Positions 7,963-19,705 of a stretch of 64,000 nucleotides of DNA are shown here, piece by piece. The stretch spans positions 1,184,001-1,248,000 of the forward strand of contig CBDBHB010000009.1 in assembly GCA_965205505.1 (NCBI GenBank). Direction: 5' to 3'. This stretch comes from Acidobacteriota bacterium. GTDB taxonomy: Bacteria; Acidobacteriota; UBA890; WLXD01. The notes below the pieces were generated by a model. It did not search any database. It saw only the letters and a program-made list of their open reading frames with translations, and was not told the origin of the DNA. Position numbers and translations under genes: made by a program. How positions within the stretch are numbered: the first letter of the stretch is position 1; every line of letters begins with the position of its first letter.

Positions 7963-9516
7963 ATGCCCGGACATCACCGCACGATCGCGCTTGCCATATC
8001 AGCGTTGCTGGCGGGCTGCAGTGGCGGCACACAAAACCCGTTTGCGGACAAGCTCACCAACGTCGATCCATCGTGGGCGGTAACTGCCGACGAGGGTTAC
8101 GAGTGGGCGCTGGTCAAGGACGCCAACCTGCCGGCGATGACCGGTAGCCCGGAATGGAACAACTACGTCGGGTTCCTGGAAGACAAGCTCCTGGAGTACG
8201 GCGTCGTCGACATGCACCGCAACAGCTGGATGTACGACCGGTGGTCCACAACGAAGGACAACAGCGGCTGGTCGCTGGTTTCAGATGGGGAGCCGGTGCG
8301 AGTAGCTCACTACGCCATGAACTCCGGCAACACCGGCCCCGAGGGGATCACGGCCCAGATGATCTACTACGACCACGACAACCCGCCCGACTCCATCGAG
8401 GGCAAGATCGTGGTCTTTCCGACGCGGCCGCACCCGGAGCCGCCCTACGACGACTACTACATCAAGAACTTCACCTTCAACGACTACGAGTGGCGCGCCA
8501 ACGACGACACGTATTGGGAGCTATTCGAGTTCGTGCCACCGGAGTTTTCCATCACCTTCGATATCTGGTGGCAGCTGCGGCAGAGCTTGTGGCGGATCGC
8601 AGTAGAGGGAGGTGCGGCGGGTCACGTCACCGTCTACGACATGGCCTTCGAGCGCACTGAAGGACTGGTGGCCCGGCCGATACCACCCCTGTACCAGTTG
8701 CCGGGGCTGCAGCTGAGTCGCGAGGATGGCGCCAAGGTGATCGCGGACGCCAGGGCGGGCAAGACGGCGACGCTGCGGCTGGAGGCCACGGTCGAGGAGT
8801 CGGAGGCCTACCAGACGATCGCCTACCTTCCGGGTCGCGACTACGGCACACCTGACGACGAGCAGATCCTGCTGATCAACCACACCGACGGTCCGTCGAT
8901 TACGCAGGACAACGGTGCGCTGGGTCTGCTGGCGATCGTCAAGTACTTTTCCAATATCCCGCGGGAGCATCGGCCGCGAACGCTCACCGTCTTCCTCGAC
9001 AACCGCCACTACTATCCAGGACAGGAGCGCGCGGCGCATGAGGTGAGCTGGCTGGAGCGCCATCCCGAGGCCAAGGAGCCTCTGGTGGGCATCATTCAGG
9101 CCGAGCACATGGGCGAGAACGACTACCGCGAAGTGGACGGCGTGGTGGAGCCGGTGGGGCTGGCCGAGCAGTCGTATCTCTGGTCGCGCAACAACCCGGT
9201 GCTCATCGACGCCGCGATCGCCGCCGCCCAAGAGCATGGCTGGGAGCGCGTGCAGGTGGCGGTACCCGAGCGTCCGGGAATTAACGACGGCCTGCAGCAG
9301 GTGTGGTGGGGGGTCGGATCCCGAGCGCAGCGGGGCTGCGCCACGTGCCTCGATCTACCCGGCTACGGCCTCGGCGGGTTTCTTGGTCTGTATTGGACAA
9401 CCGCGTCGGGTATCGAGCGCTGGAACAAGGGTCTGTTCGAAGACCAGGCACACACGATGACCCAGCTGACTGGCGTATTGATGACCGCTGACCTGGATGA
9501 AATCCGGCCTGAGTAG
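7963..9516 (+). CDS. Lipoprotein, PA-domain/M28 peptidase-like
   Basis: LAGC lipobox; INHTDG..QDNG motif and PA-like segment; ORF-track upstream extension is antisense to the IS. Confidence 0.65.
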   Translation: MPGHHRTIALAISALLAGCSGGTQNPFADKLTNVDPSWAVTADEGYEWALVKDANLPAMTGSPEWNNYVGFLEDKLLEYGVVDMHRNSWMYDRWSTTKDNSGWSLVSDGEPVRVAHYAMNSGNTGPEGITAQMIYYDHDNPPDSIEGKIVVFPTRPHPEPPYDDYYIKNFTFNDYEWRANDDTYWELFEFVPPEFSITFDIWWQLRQSLWRIAVEGGAAGHVTVYDMAFERTEGLVARPIPPLYQLPGLQLSREDGAKVIADARAGKTATLRLEATVEESEAYQTIAYLPGRDYGTPDDEQILLINHTDGPSITQDNGALGLLAIVKYFSNIPREHRPRTLTVFLDNRHYYPGQERAAHEVSWLERHPEAKEPLVGIIQAEHMGENDYREVDGVVEPVGLAEQSYLWSRNNPVLIDAAIAAAQEHGWERVQVAVPERPGINDGLQQVWWGVGSRAQRGCATCLDLPGYGLGGFLGLYWTTASGIERWNKGLFEDQAHTMTQLTGVLMTADLDEIRPE

Positions 9517-9607
9517 CGTTGGGTCCCCGGTTATTCCGGCAATCGAAGGCCGCTCCCGGAACGCGGATCTACGCGCACTTCAATCCCGACGACACCTCGG
9601 GCCTCGT

Positions 9608-10285
9608 CTATCGCTCCGCGGCAAAACAGTAGAAGAGCCCGTTTCCTCCTGTGCCGACGAGATTCTCTTGGCTGCAGCCCTGCGACGGATGCGCCATGTT
9701 CCACGGGCTGCCCGGCGTGGTGAACCTGAACCGGTCGTGGTGGCCCAGCATCGCGCTGCCCTCGCCGCTGCTTGTCCAGTTGCCGCAGGTCCGGTCGTCA
9801 CCCGGCGGAAAGGCGGTGCCGTCCAATCTCGACCCCGTCAGGATGTCGTGCATGCTCGGAGAGTCGCCCGATGCTCCGGAGTTCACACGCTCGCCCCGCT
9901 CGTTGAGCGCATACTCGTAGCGGATGTTGGCATTGTTGTAGTGGAGCTCGTCCGCATCGGAGGCGATCCCGAGCCCCATGGAGTTGGCCCAGGGACCCTC
10001 GCCGATCCGGTCCCGGGCGTTGATGGCCTGCTGGCCGCCCACTGCCTGGGTGCTCAGGTACGCCCGCCAGGTGCGGCCGCCGGCACCCACCGCCTCGGCG
10101 AGCGATTGACAGTGAGCATCCGCTCCCACCAGGCCCCCGAGATCGCCGCCGCTCCCCGGACCGACGCTGGTAATGAAGAAGCCCATCGGTTCCGTCTCGT
10201 GGTCTTGCTGCGCCGTGACCTGGACCGCCATCGCCAGCATCACCAGACCGAACACCGCGAACGTTGCATTTCGCTTGCCGCTCAT
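9608..10285 (-). CDS. Exported lectin/endostatin-like domain protein
   Basis: Signal peptide; GGLVGADAHCQ, WRAYLS, ARDRIG.GPW, HDILTGS, FYCFA motifs. Confidence 0.7.
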   Translation of the reverse strand: MSGKRNATFAVFGLVMLAMAVQVTAQQDHETEPMGFFITSVGPGSGGDLGGLVGADAHCQSLAEAVGAGGRTWRAYLSTQAVGGQQAINARDRIGEGPWANSMGLGIASDADELHYNNANIRYEYALNERGERVNSGASGDSPSMHDILTGSRLDGTAFPPGDDRTCGNWTSSGEGSAMLGHHDRFRFTTPGSPWNMAHPSQGCSQENLVGTGGNGLFYCFAAER

Positions 10286-10503
10286 CCTCTTGCCTCCTGT
10301 TAAGCAGATCCGCCTAGCGCGGACTTCCCCGGTCGTCGCGGGGCCATCCACCGGCGTGCAACTCTCCGGGTCTCAGCCCATCGAGGCCGGACCCTCGCAT
10401 ATCGACCATATGCGCGGCAAGGGCATTGCATTGCATGTCTTTCTCCAGCCGGTGCAAGTCGACCATCTGAGCTTCGATGTCCAAGGAGCGCGAAAGACCT
10501 CGC

Positions 10504-10782
10504 CTAGCAGGCCGTGGTGAAAGTGTGGTGGGTCTGGCGACAGGGTCTTGCGAAGTGGAGGCAAGGAGAGAGGAGGAGGCGATGGTTACCCCATCGTTGA
10601 CGAGGAACGACGCAGCATACGCGCGCAACCCCCTGTCGCCCGAAGGGTTACGGCGAGTTGGGGCAATTTGCGGCGTTGGCCTTCCTCGACGATGGCTAGG
10701 GCATCGCCAGTGTCAGGCCGCCTTGCATCTGGCCCCAACTCGCCGTAACCAGACCCACCACACTTTCACCACGGCCTGCTAG
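10504..10782. mobile_element. Miniature inverted-repeat element, end type B
   Basis: CTAG at both ends; TIR CAGGCCGTGGTGAAAGTGTGGTGGGTCTGG; near-identical copies at 41370 and 45684. Confidence 0.9.
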
Positions 10783-10956
10783 GCTGATTACCTCGAGCCA
10801 CAGGCGGGTTCGCCGCTCGTCGTCGCACGTCGTCCACGGCCCTGGCTGCCTGGTTTCGGAGAGCCGAGACTCGATTGCGCCGTGGCCTGCAACGTCATAA
10901 AACCCTCGTATCGTTTTTGTCTGGTCTCGAGGATTAGTTATTCAAGCTGCCGCGTG

Positions 10957-13332
10957 ATGCTGAGAACGTACACGCTCCACGCCCTGAGCTCGGCGCTATT
11001 ATTGACGGTTGGTTGCGGCGCGCCCGACCCGGTCGTGTTCGACTTTGCCGCCAACTTCGAGTTCGCAACCGTCCGTCCGGAAACACAGCTCATCAACCTC
11101 GGGCTGCCGGCGGCGCGCCCCCACTTGTTACATGGGTGGAGCAACGACGAGCTCTGGGCGGGCGAGATTCCTTTCGTGTGGGGCTTCTGGCCCGAGTCGG
11201 CTCTCGAGTTCTACACCTACGAGCCACGCGGCACGGTGATCTGGTTCCGGGGCCGCCCATCCGTCCCGATGGAGCGCGCGGAGGTTGCGGTCGATCTGGT
11301 GGTCAACGGTCACCATGTCTCCACGTTTTCGCTGCGCTCCGGCTTCCATGACTATCGCGTGCGCGTTCCGCGCCCACGGCTGCGCGTGGGTCGCAACGTG
11401 ATGCGCCTGCGATACAGGCACGCCGCCAAGGAGTTTCCTTCGTCGGCCGATAATCTCCGACCGAAACTGTCCGTCGCCTGGCAGCAAATCAGCATCGGTC
11501 CCGGGTTCTCCTCCGGGTCGGTGCGGGTCGATGACCGATCCCTCGAGATCCCGTTGCTGACGAGGGTCGAGTACTTCGTCGACGTTGCGCCGGGTGCGAC
11601 ACTGCGATGGGATCGAGCCTCGGTCCGAGGTGTGGCGAGCGGCAGCAGGGCACACACCTTGAGCGTCGAAGTCCTCTATGAGGACGGTAGCACGCCGGCT
11701 CAGGTCACCGAATTGACCGATTCGGAGCTGGCGTCGCCAGTCGAGGCGACACTGGATGGTCAGGGTGTGGCGCGTGTGTCGTTCCTGGCTTTGCCGACCG
11801 AGCGCACACCCGAGCGCGCCTCGGGGCTGCGCATCCACCGACCTGTGTTGACCGCGCCGGTCGCACCCGCACCGCCGAGACCGAGCGGCGCGGAGGCTGA
11901 GCTCATTGCCCAGCCGGCCGGGGAAACCGCCTACCCGGTTGTCCCCGGACGCAGCGCTTTGCCGGCAGCGCTGAGAGCTGCGATGCAAGCGAGCTCGGTG
12001 GACGGGCGGCCGCCGAACATTGTTGTTTACTTGGTGGATACGCTCCGTGCCGACCATCTCGGCGCCTACGGATATGAGCGCCCGACGAGTCCTTTCTTGG
12101 ACGCCATGAGCACCGAGGGGGTGATCTTCGACCACCCGATGGCGCAGTCCGGATGGACTCGAACCTCGGTAGCTTCGATTCTCACCGGCCTCGGGCCACG
12201 CTCCCACAGCGTGCTCAAGCGCGACGACAGCCTTTCCGCCGAAGCCGTAACGATGCAGAAGTTGCTCGGGCACAACGGCTATCAGACGTACGCCGTGATC
12301 ACCAACATCAACGTGACGTCCCGGTTCGGCTTTGACGTCGGATTCGATGCCGTGGAGGTCCTCCCGCTGCGGGTTCCCCTAGGCGCCAACCAGGGTGTCC
12401 AGGATGCCGAGTTGTCGGACCGGGTGAACGACCACTTCTTCGCATGGCTCGCAAGGCGCCAAACCGACCGGCCCTTCTTCGCTTACCTGCACACCATGGA
12501 CCCGCACCACCCATATACACCACCCGAGCCATATCGCTCGCGCTTCGTTGCTGATTCTCCGCTCGCTCGCAACTCCGATGGGCTGCTGATTCCCCACCTA
12601 CGCCAGCAGTTGCCGGGCTCTTCCATAGAAGAGGAAGTGCGTCTCGCAACGGACCTCTACGATGGCGAGATCGCCCACAACGACGCGCAGTTCGGGCTCA
12701 TGCTCGATCGCTTGCGAGAGCTCGGCATCTACGACTCGACCGTCATCGTGTTCATGTCCGATCACGGTGAAGAGTTCTACGACCACGGGGGATTCGGGCA
12801 CGGGCGGACGCTCTATTCAGAGATGATCTTCGTCCCGCTGGTGATCAAGTTCCCGGGCGGCTGGGCTGCCGGCACGCGCGTCACCGTCCCCGTTCAGCAT
12901 GTCGATCTCCTGCCGACGATTCTCGATCTGGTGGGTGAGCCCCCCCTGTCGGAGCACCATGGCGACAGCCTGGTGCCATTGGTTCTGAGCGCCGTCGAGG
13001 GCACCGAAGCCCCACGCTTTGCCGAGCGGCGCTTGCTGGCACACCTCGACCTGGACCAATGGCGCGTCGACAGCCTTTTGACGAGCGACCACCACCTCAT
13101 GGAGTGGTATCGCGGCGTGCCAGAGGTCGGCGGGGCAACCCAGCTGTTTCGGTGGCGTACCGACGCCAGTGAGCTGATGGACTTAATCGGTGAGTCTCCG
13201 GCGTCGATCGGCTATCTACGGCTTGTCTTGCAGGGCATGGTTTCCTCCCGAAAGCCGCTGCTCGAGTCGCCGGACGTGGTGATCGACGACGAGCTCGCTC
13301 GCTCGCTCCGTGCTCTTGGTTATCTCCAGTAG
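10957..13332 (+). CDS. Sulfatase (Ser-type) with long N-terminal extension
   Basis: VDTLRADH, SGWTRTS, DPH.PY, YDGEI, SDHGE, LRALGY motifs. Confidence 0.85.
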   Translation: MLRTYTLHALSSALLLTVGCGAPDPVVFDFAANFEFATVRPETQLINLGLPAARPHLLHGWSNDELWAGEIPFVWGFWPESALEFYTYEPRGTVIWFRGRPSVPMERAEVAVDLVVNGHHVSTFSLRSGFHDYRVRVPRPRLRVGRNVMRLRYRHAAKEFPSSADNLRPKLSVAWQQISIGPGFSSGSVRVDDRSLEIPLLTRVEYFVDVAPGATLRWDRASVRGVASGSRAHTLSVEVLYEDGSTPAQVTELTDSELASPVEATLDGQGVARVSFLALPTERTPERASGLRIHRPVLTAPVAPAPPRPSGAEAELIAQPAGETAYPVVPGRSALPAALRAAMQASSVDGRPPNIVVYLVDTLRADHLGAYGYERPTSPFLDAMSTEGVIFDHPMAQSGWTRTSVASILTGLGPRSHSVLKRDDSLSAEAVTMQKLLGHNGYQTYAVITNINVTSRFGFDVGFDAVEVLPLRVPLGANQGVQDAELSDRVNDHFFAWLARRQTDRPFFAYLHTMDPHHPYTPPEPYRSRFVADSPLARNSDGLLIPHLRQQLPGSSIEEEVRLATDLYDGEIAHNDAQFGLMLDRLRELGIYDSTVIVFMSDHGEEFYDHGGFGHGRTLYSEMIFVPLVIKFPGGWAAGTRVTVPVQHVDLLPTILDLVGEPPLSEHHGDSLVPLVLSAVEGTEAPRFAERRLLAHLDLDQWRVDSLLTSDHHLMEWYRGVPEVGGATQLFRWRTDASELMDLIGESPASIGYLRLVLQGMVSSRKPLLESPDVVIDDELARSLRALGYLQ

Positions 13333-13411
13333 GATCTGTGCCCCTCACCCGGGTAGCGCTGCCGGCCGCCGCAACCTCCTTGTCCCAGCGACCCCATCGG
13401 GGCGGGCTCTC

Positions 13412-14758
13412 TCAGGCGTATCCGATCCATACGGCCACGACCAATGCGATCGAGCCGACGATCCAGATCTTCACCATGAAGGGCAGGATGAAGCGCAGCC
13501 AGCGGTCGTATGGGATTGCCGCCATGGCCAGGGCTCCGACGATCACGGCTTGGGTGGGAACCAGGATATTGCTGAACCCGTCGCCAAACTGGAAGGCCAG
13601 CACCGCCACCTGCCGGCTGACGCCCACGAAGTTGGCGAGGCTCTGAACGAAGAACATCCCCACGGCGGAAACGGCGCCTGGAAGCTGCTGCAGGGGAAGG
13701 CTGATGCCGTGGACCACTGTGTCCACGATGCCGCCCTCGTTCAGCACCACCTGGATGCCCCGCGCCACGCCGATCAGCAGGGCGGTGCTGGTGAGGCTCG
13801 CCGCGCCCGCGCCGAACTCCACCGCTGTGCGGTCGGGGCTCAGGCGGGCGATGATGGCAATGATCACCGTGAGGGCGACGAAGACTGCTTGCATCTCGAT
13901 CAGATACCAGCCCCGCTGGCTCAGCCCGTAGACAAGGACGATCTGCGAGATGCCAACGGCGGCCAGGACCAGCTTGTGCGTGGTGGTCATCGGAGGATGG
14001 TCTGCGCCGGCCTCTCCATCTCCGCCATTGGAGATCGGCACCACCCCTTCGGGCGCCTCAACGTCGGCCACCAGGCTCGCCGCCGGATCCCGCCCCACCT
14101 TCTTGGCATATGACCAGACGTGGTGAATGCCAATCGGCAGGAAGACGACCATGAGCACGACGCGGTACCAGAGCCCCGATGCGGGTTGGAGCCCCGCGAT
14201 GTCCTGCGCGAGAATAACGGTGAAGGGGTTGATGAGGGCAGCGCCGTAGCCGACGCCGTACCCGACCATGATGATCCCCACAGCCGTGATCCTGTCGTAT
14301 CCGAGGGCGAGAGACAGGGTGATGAGGACGGGTACGAAGGGGAAATACTCTTCGCCGAATCCGATGGTGCTCGACCCAACAGCGAACAGGGCAATTCCGC
14401 CGGCCACCAACCAGAAGGGTCGATCCCCCCAGCGCCTCAGAAGGGCTCCCAGAGCGGCATCCACCGCTCCCGTGGCCCGTAGAACGGCGAATGCGCCCCC
14501 GATGATGAAGACGAGGAAGATGATCTGGTGTGCTCCGCCGAGACCCTTGGGAATGGCCGTCAGGATGGCCAGCGGCGACAACGCCGGAGCGTCGGGGGTG
14601 AACTGGAAGCTGCCGGGCACCACCTGCAGTCGTCCGGCGGCATTCTCCACCCGTTCGAACTCCCCGGCGGGAAGCACGTATGAGAGGGCCTGGGCGAGGA
14701 TCACCATCGCGATGAGGATGACCAGAGTGTGTGGGACCTTGAGTCTGCTCTTCGTCAC
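13412..14758 (-). CDS. YfcC/DcuC-like transporter, apparently with an in-frame deletion
   Basis: KVPHT, NPFT, AFQFGDG motifs and many TM segments; the usual PSGSG segment is absent. Confidence 0.8.
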   Translation of the reverse strand: MTKSRLKVPHTLVILIAMVILAQALSYVLPAGEFERVENAAGRLQVVPGSFQFTPDAPALSPLAILTAIPKGLGGAHQIIFLVFIIGGAFAVLRATGAVDAALGALLRRWGDRPFWLVAGGIALFAVGSSTIGFGEEYFPFVPVLITLSLALGYDRITAVGIIMVGYGVGYGAALINPFTVILAQDIAGLQPASGLWYRVVLMVVFLPIGIHHVWSYAKKVGRDPAASLVADVEAPEGVVPISNGGDGEAGADHPPMTTTHKLVLAAVGISQIVLVYGLSQRGWYLIEMQAVFVALTVIIAIIARLSPDRTAVEFGAGAASLTSTALLIGVARGIQVVLNEGGIVDTVVHGISLPLQQLPGAVSAVGMFFVQSLANFVGVSRQVAVLAFQFGDGFSNILVPTQAVIVGALAMAAIPYDRWLRFILPFMVKIWIVGSIALVVAVWIGYA

Positions 14759-16783
14759 GAGCCCTTCACGTATTTCTCGAACCAGGCGAGAAAGCGCTCC
14801 AGCAGGTCCTTCTGATAGCTATGCCGCCTGATGCCGTGGTGCGCGTCGGGGTAGACCACTAGCGAGGTCTCGCGGCCCAACTGCTTCATCGCCTGGTACA
14901 TCTGCTCGGAGTTGATGATCGGGACGTTCCAGTCCTTCTCGCCTCCTATGAAGAGCGTCGGCGTGGTGATGTTCTGGACCCTGTTGAACGGCGAAACTCT
15001 CTCCCACACCTCGCGGCTCTCCCAGGGCCGGCCGAGCTCCGTGTCGTACCAGTCCTGGTAGCGGTCGTGGCCGTAGTTGGTGATCCACAGCCCGTTACCG
15101 GCCCCGGAAACGGCGCCCGCGAACCGATCCGTTCTGGTGATCACGTCGTTCGTAAGCGTCCCTCCGTAGGACCAGCCGCCGATGCCGAGCCGATCGGGGT
15201 CGGCGTAGCCCAGCTCCACGACGTGGTCGGTGGCGGTGATCACGTCCTCGGAGTCGTGGGTGCCCCAGGCGCGAAAGTTCGAGAGCGTGAAGTCGAGCCC
15301 CCTGCCTCCCGATCCTCGAACGTTCGGCATCACCACCACGTAGCCGTTGGCGGCGAAGAGCTGTACCCGAAAATTAAAGCCGTAGTCGTACTGCGACTCC
15401 TGCCCGCCGTGAAGCCAGAGCAGGGTCGGGTGGCGGAGCGTCGGGTCGAACGAGCGCGGCTTGTAGACGAAGGCCTGGATCTCGGTTCCGTCGACGGCGG
15501 GGAAGCGCTCCTCCTCGGCGTCGGCCAGCGCGATCGTCTTCAGCAGCTCGTCGTTGACGTGCGTGAGGCGTCGTAGTCGCGGGGAGGCTGTGGGCTCGGC
15601 ATCGAGGGCAAACAGCTCGGCCGGCAACCGGGGCTCGCTGACCAGCGCCACGACGGTGCCGTCTGGACCCACGGTGGCCGTCTGCACCGCGCGCCGTCCG
15701 GCGATCGGCCGGCTCAAGCTGCCGTCGTCCACGGACACAGCGGCCAGATGGACCTGGCCCCAATCCTCGAGCAGCACGTAGATGTGTTCTCCGTCGGGCG
15801 CGAAACGTGGCGCGTACACCTTCCGGTCGAGGGACTCCGTGAGCAACGCGGGCTCGTCGTCACCGACCCGGATCACCGCTAGCTTCGTCTGCAGGTAGGC
15901 CAAGGCCATTTCGGGCCGGATCGTGGTGATGTAGGCGAGCCGCTCGCCGTCGGGGTGCCAGACTGGACTGTCGTCAGACCCGGGGTTGGAGGTCACCCGG
16001 ACCGGACTCTGGTCCTCGTGGGAGGCGTCCGGCTTCACCAGCCAGATGTCGCTGTTGTAGTTGGCGTCGGGCTCGTCGGTGCGGTTGCTGACGAAGGCGA
16101 TCACGCTCCCGTCCGGAGACCAGGTCGGATCGTAGTCCTCGTAGTCGCCCGAGGTGATCTGCACCCTGGCCTTCGTCTCGATGTCGAAGACATGGAGATG
16201 GGCGCGCTGACGATTCAGATAGCCCACATAGTCATCCTTGAACTGCAAACGGTCGATCACCCAGGGTCCGTCCGGGGGCCTCCCCCTGGCTGGGCTCCGG
16301 ATCGCGGATCAGGAGCACGAGTCGTTTACCATCGGGCGACCACTCGTAGGCCTCGACGCCCTGAACCACACTGGTGAGCTGGACGCGCTCCCCGCCGCTT
16401 CGGTCGAGCGTGAACACCTGTTGCCCGCTGTCGCCTTCCGACAGGAACGTCAGGTACTTGCCGTCGGGGCTCCATCTGGGCTGCCGCGAAGAGCTGCCTT
16501 TGGCCGTCATGGGCACCGCTTCGCCGCCGGAGGTCGAGACCACCCACAGCCGCGTTTCGGAACGGTCGTTCTCGAGATCTTTGGTCCCGACCGTGTAAGT
16601 GACCCAGGCGCCGTCTGGGCTGATGCGCGGGCTGCCCACGTTCTTCAGGGCGAAGTAATCATCGACCCGGAGATTACGGAGGGCGTCGGCGTCCTGCGCC
16701 AAGGCTCGCGTTCCCGAGCCCGCGCCGACCAGCAGCAACCCGAGCAAAGTGAGCCCGATGAGCGAACGTCTTCGCATTGGCAA
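14755..16783 (-). pseudogene. S9 (dipeptidyl/acylaminoacyl) peptidase, frameshifted near 16270-16290
   Basis: Signal peptide and PD40 repeats in 16232-16783 continue as 14755-16260 with GWSYGG, D and H triad. Confidence 0.8.
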
Positions 16784-16867
16784 TTGACCTCTCTGGCAGA
16801 CGGGCTGCTTGGTAGTGCGACGAGTCAGGCCAGCACCTGCAGGGCGCTGGAGTTGTCTATCTCTCCA

Positions 16868-19100
16868 TCAGCGGGAAAGCAGCGGCCTGACGTCTTGCTC
16901 AATGACCTGGTTCAACCGGTTCCGTTGGATCTCGAAGCGTTCCGAGAGGTCCTCGAGTACCGCGTACATCGATTCCGTCGGTCTGGCATCGGCCGCGCTG
17001 ACATAACCCAAGAGGCTGCTCATCTTCTGGATCAAGCCCGGGGCGCCCCACATCATCGGGTGGTCCGGGGACCCCATCCATATCGTGAGAACGCCCTCGA
17101 TCTCCCTCAATTGCCCCAGGATCCCGCTGGCTTTCACCTTCGAATCCTCCCGCAGTTTAGGCCAGCGACGCCGATCTCAGGGCCCAGTTCGAGCTCATGG
17201 TTGAGCTCAGCGATCGGCTTTCGCAAGTGGTCGACATCGTGATCAGAATCCGAGAGGTCCGAGCCCTGGACCGTACTGTCGTCGGTGCCCACCCAGAGCT
17301 CACCCTCCTGCAGGGGAGACTCTGCGACGGTCCGGATGAGGCTCACGTAGAAAAGCGACGACGCGTTGGAGCTGATGGGCCTTCCGGGGATCGTGCCCAT
17401 CGCCTCCCGGTGGTTCCGCGTGAGATCGGCACTGATGCGGTCCCAGGACTTGCCTTCGTCAGTGGATCGGAAGACGTACTGCGCCCCCGTGTAGAGAACG
17501 CCAGGATCGTGCGGCGACAGAAGCATCGGGAACGAGTAGTAGAACCGGTACTTCACGTCTTCGACGGCTGTACCGAACTCCACCTCGGGCCAGACGCTGA
17601 TGTGCGGGGCCTGCCCGGTTGCCCGGTCGAAACGGACCGTCCTGGTCCGATCGTTCGCATAGACCACGCTGCCGTCAGGCTTCACCGCCGTGTGCCCGCC
17701 CTCGCCGGCCGGAATGGGAAGGTAGTGCTTCCAGCCGATGAACCGATCGTCGGTTCGGCTCGGGATCGCGATGTGGCTGTTGTCGTTCTGAGCTCCGTAG
17801 AGCCAGTAGGGCTCCTGGTCGTCTACCGCCAGACTGAGAAGATCTGCGGTGGGCTGGTTCTCCAGGCTCGACCAGGACTCGCCACCGTTCAACGTCACCG
17901 AGGCCCCCCCGTCGCCTCCTTCGATTATTCGGCGAGAATCGTTCGGATCGATCCACAACGCATGAGGGTCCCAGTTCTCCAGGCGTACACGTTGGAAGGT
18001 GCGGCCCGCGTCCGTGGACTTATGCAAACCGCTGATGGGCTGGATATAGACGACGTCGGGATCCTGGGGGTCGGCGGTGATGTGGTTGTACGAATTGGGG
18101 ATCTCCATCTTGCCGGGGTCTTGATGCGTCAACTGCCAGGTGGCCGCGCCGTCGTCGGAACGATAGATCCCGCCCTCGCCTCCGTCGGCCTCGACGAACG
18201 CATACACCCGGTCAGGGTCAGCCGGGGAGATGGATATTCCGATCTTGCCGACCATCCCCTCTGGCATTCCGGGGTTGTGGGTGATGTCCGTCCAGGTATC
18301 CCCACCATCCGTGGTCTTGAAGAGTCCGGTGCCGGGCCCGCCGCTCACCTCGTCTGACAGGTAGGTCACATGGTGGTTCAGGGCGGCGATGATCAGCTGT
18401 GGGTTCGAGCAATCGATCGTCAGATCCACACCGCCGGAAAACACGTTCCGATACAGGATTTGTTCCCACGTCTCCCCCCCCCATCCGTGGTGCGGTAGAA
18501 GCCGCGTTCCGGGTTGGGGCCGAACATGTCGCCCATTGCCGCCACGTAGACGATGTCGGGATTGGTGGGATGAATACGCAGCCTGGCGATGTGCCGGGTC
18601 TCTCGAAGGCCCACGTGGGTCCACGTCTCGCCGCCGTCGGTCGATTTGTAGACCCCGTCTCCGGGCGAGATGAACTGCCGTTGAAGCCCCTCACCAGTTC
18701 CCGCGAAGATCACCTGGGGATCCGAGAGCGAAACGTCCAGGGCTCCCACCGCCGGGAACTCGAAGAAGCCGTCCGACACGTTCCGCCAGTTCCTTCCGGC
18801 GTCGGTGGTCTTCCACACACCGCCGTGGGCAGCCCCGAAATAGAAGACGAGGGGGTTGTCGGCATCTCCCGCCACCGCCGGGGCACGCCCTCCACGGAAG
18901 GGCCCGACGAACCGCCACTCGAGGGCCGAAAGAAAGCCAGGATCTACGCTCGGATCGTCGGCGAGCACGGCTGCGCCCACGACTGCGCCCATGCCCACGG
19001 CACTGCAGCCGCCGAGGCCTCCCAACAGCACAAGCAGGGCAACACCCGCGGTGGAGAACATCCTCGAGCCGACTCGGGCAACACGGCGAAGCGCATTCAT
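16868..19100 (-). pseudogene. VPS10/BNR-repeat glycosyl-hydrolase-like protein, frameshifted and internally deleted
   Basis: GPFRGGR, repeated S.DGG.TW; frame switch at C9 run 18474-18482; jumps to a C-terminal-like helix region after WVGTDD. Confidence 0.8.
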
Positions 19101-19576
19101 CGCGTAATCGTGAGCCTGACGTTCCCCAGCGGGTTGTAATCGGCCAGGTCAACATTGGTGACGGCGTTGTAGTGGGTGAATGTCCCCAGCTTGAACGAGG
19201 TCCCATCGGTGGGCACGCTGGCGCCGTACACTCCGTCGAAACCGAATCCGCTCTGGTCGGCAAAATCGTGGCAGGGCGGAGGATCATCGTTCACGTCCTG
19301 AGCCCCATACCGCACTTGGTTCTCGTCGTTTGTCGCCTGGTTCTGAATGGCCGGGTCGGTGTCGCTGATGGCATCAGGCCTAGCACCGGGGCCCGTAGCC
19401 CAGCGGTCGCAGTTGGCGCCTTCTCCATCGGTTCCTGGGTCGGAGATTCCCCATACGCCATCAACGTCGACGATGGCGTCCTGGGCCGCGCCGGCCACCC
19501 CAAGCGTCAGAGAGAGCGCCAGAGCCAGCAGCATCATGACTGGCAGTAGTCCTGGTGCCTTCGCTTGGTGTTTCAT
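19097..19576 (-). CDS. Exported protein, choice-of-anchor K-like domain (possibly a fragment)
   Basis: Signal peptide; QSGFGF..FKLGTFTHYN motif; short. Confidence 0.5.
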   Translation of the reverse strand: MKHQAKAPGLLPVMMLLALALSLTLGVAGAAQDAIVDVDGVWGISDPGTDGEGANCDRWATGPGARPDAISDTDPAIQNQATNDENQVRYGAQDVNDDPPPCHDFADQSGFGFDGVYGASVPTDGTSFKLGTFTHYNAVTNVDLADYNPLGNVRLTITR

Positions 19577-19677
19577 CTAGGTATAGAAGCTCACTTATGC
19601 CCCTCAGATTTCGCGGCACCATAGCACGAGCGAAAGGGAGCCAAGTCAGGGCAGTCGCCGTGCGCGTTTTAGGATGA

Positions 19678-19705
19678 CCGCCAGAGTTCTTCAGCACCCT
19701 GCGAG
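19678..19705. repeat. Isolated type-C element end
   Basis: CCGCCAGAGTTCTTCAGCACCCTGC identical to the right end of 59900-60179. Confidence 0.75.

Noticed and set aside
10300-10503. Possible gene remnant beside a type-B element
   Set aside because: No recognisable motif in any frame
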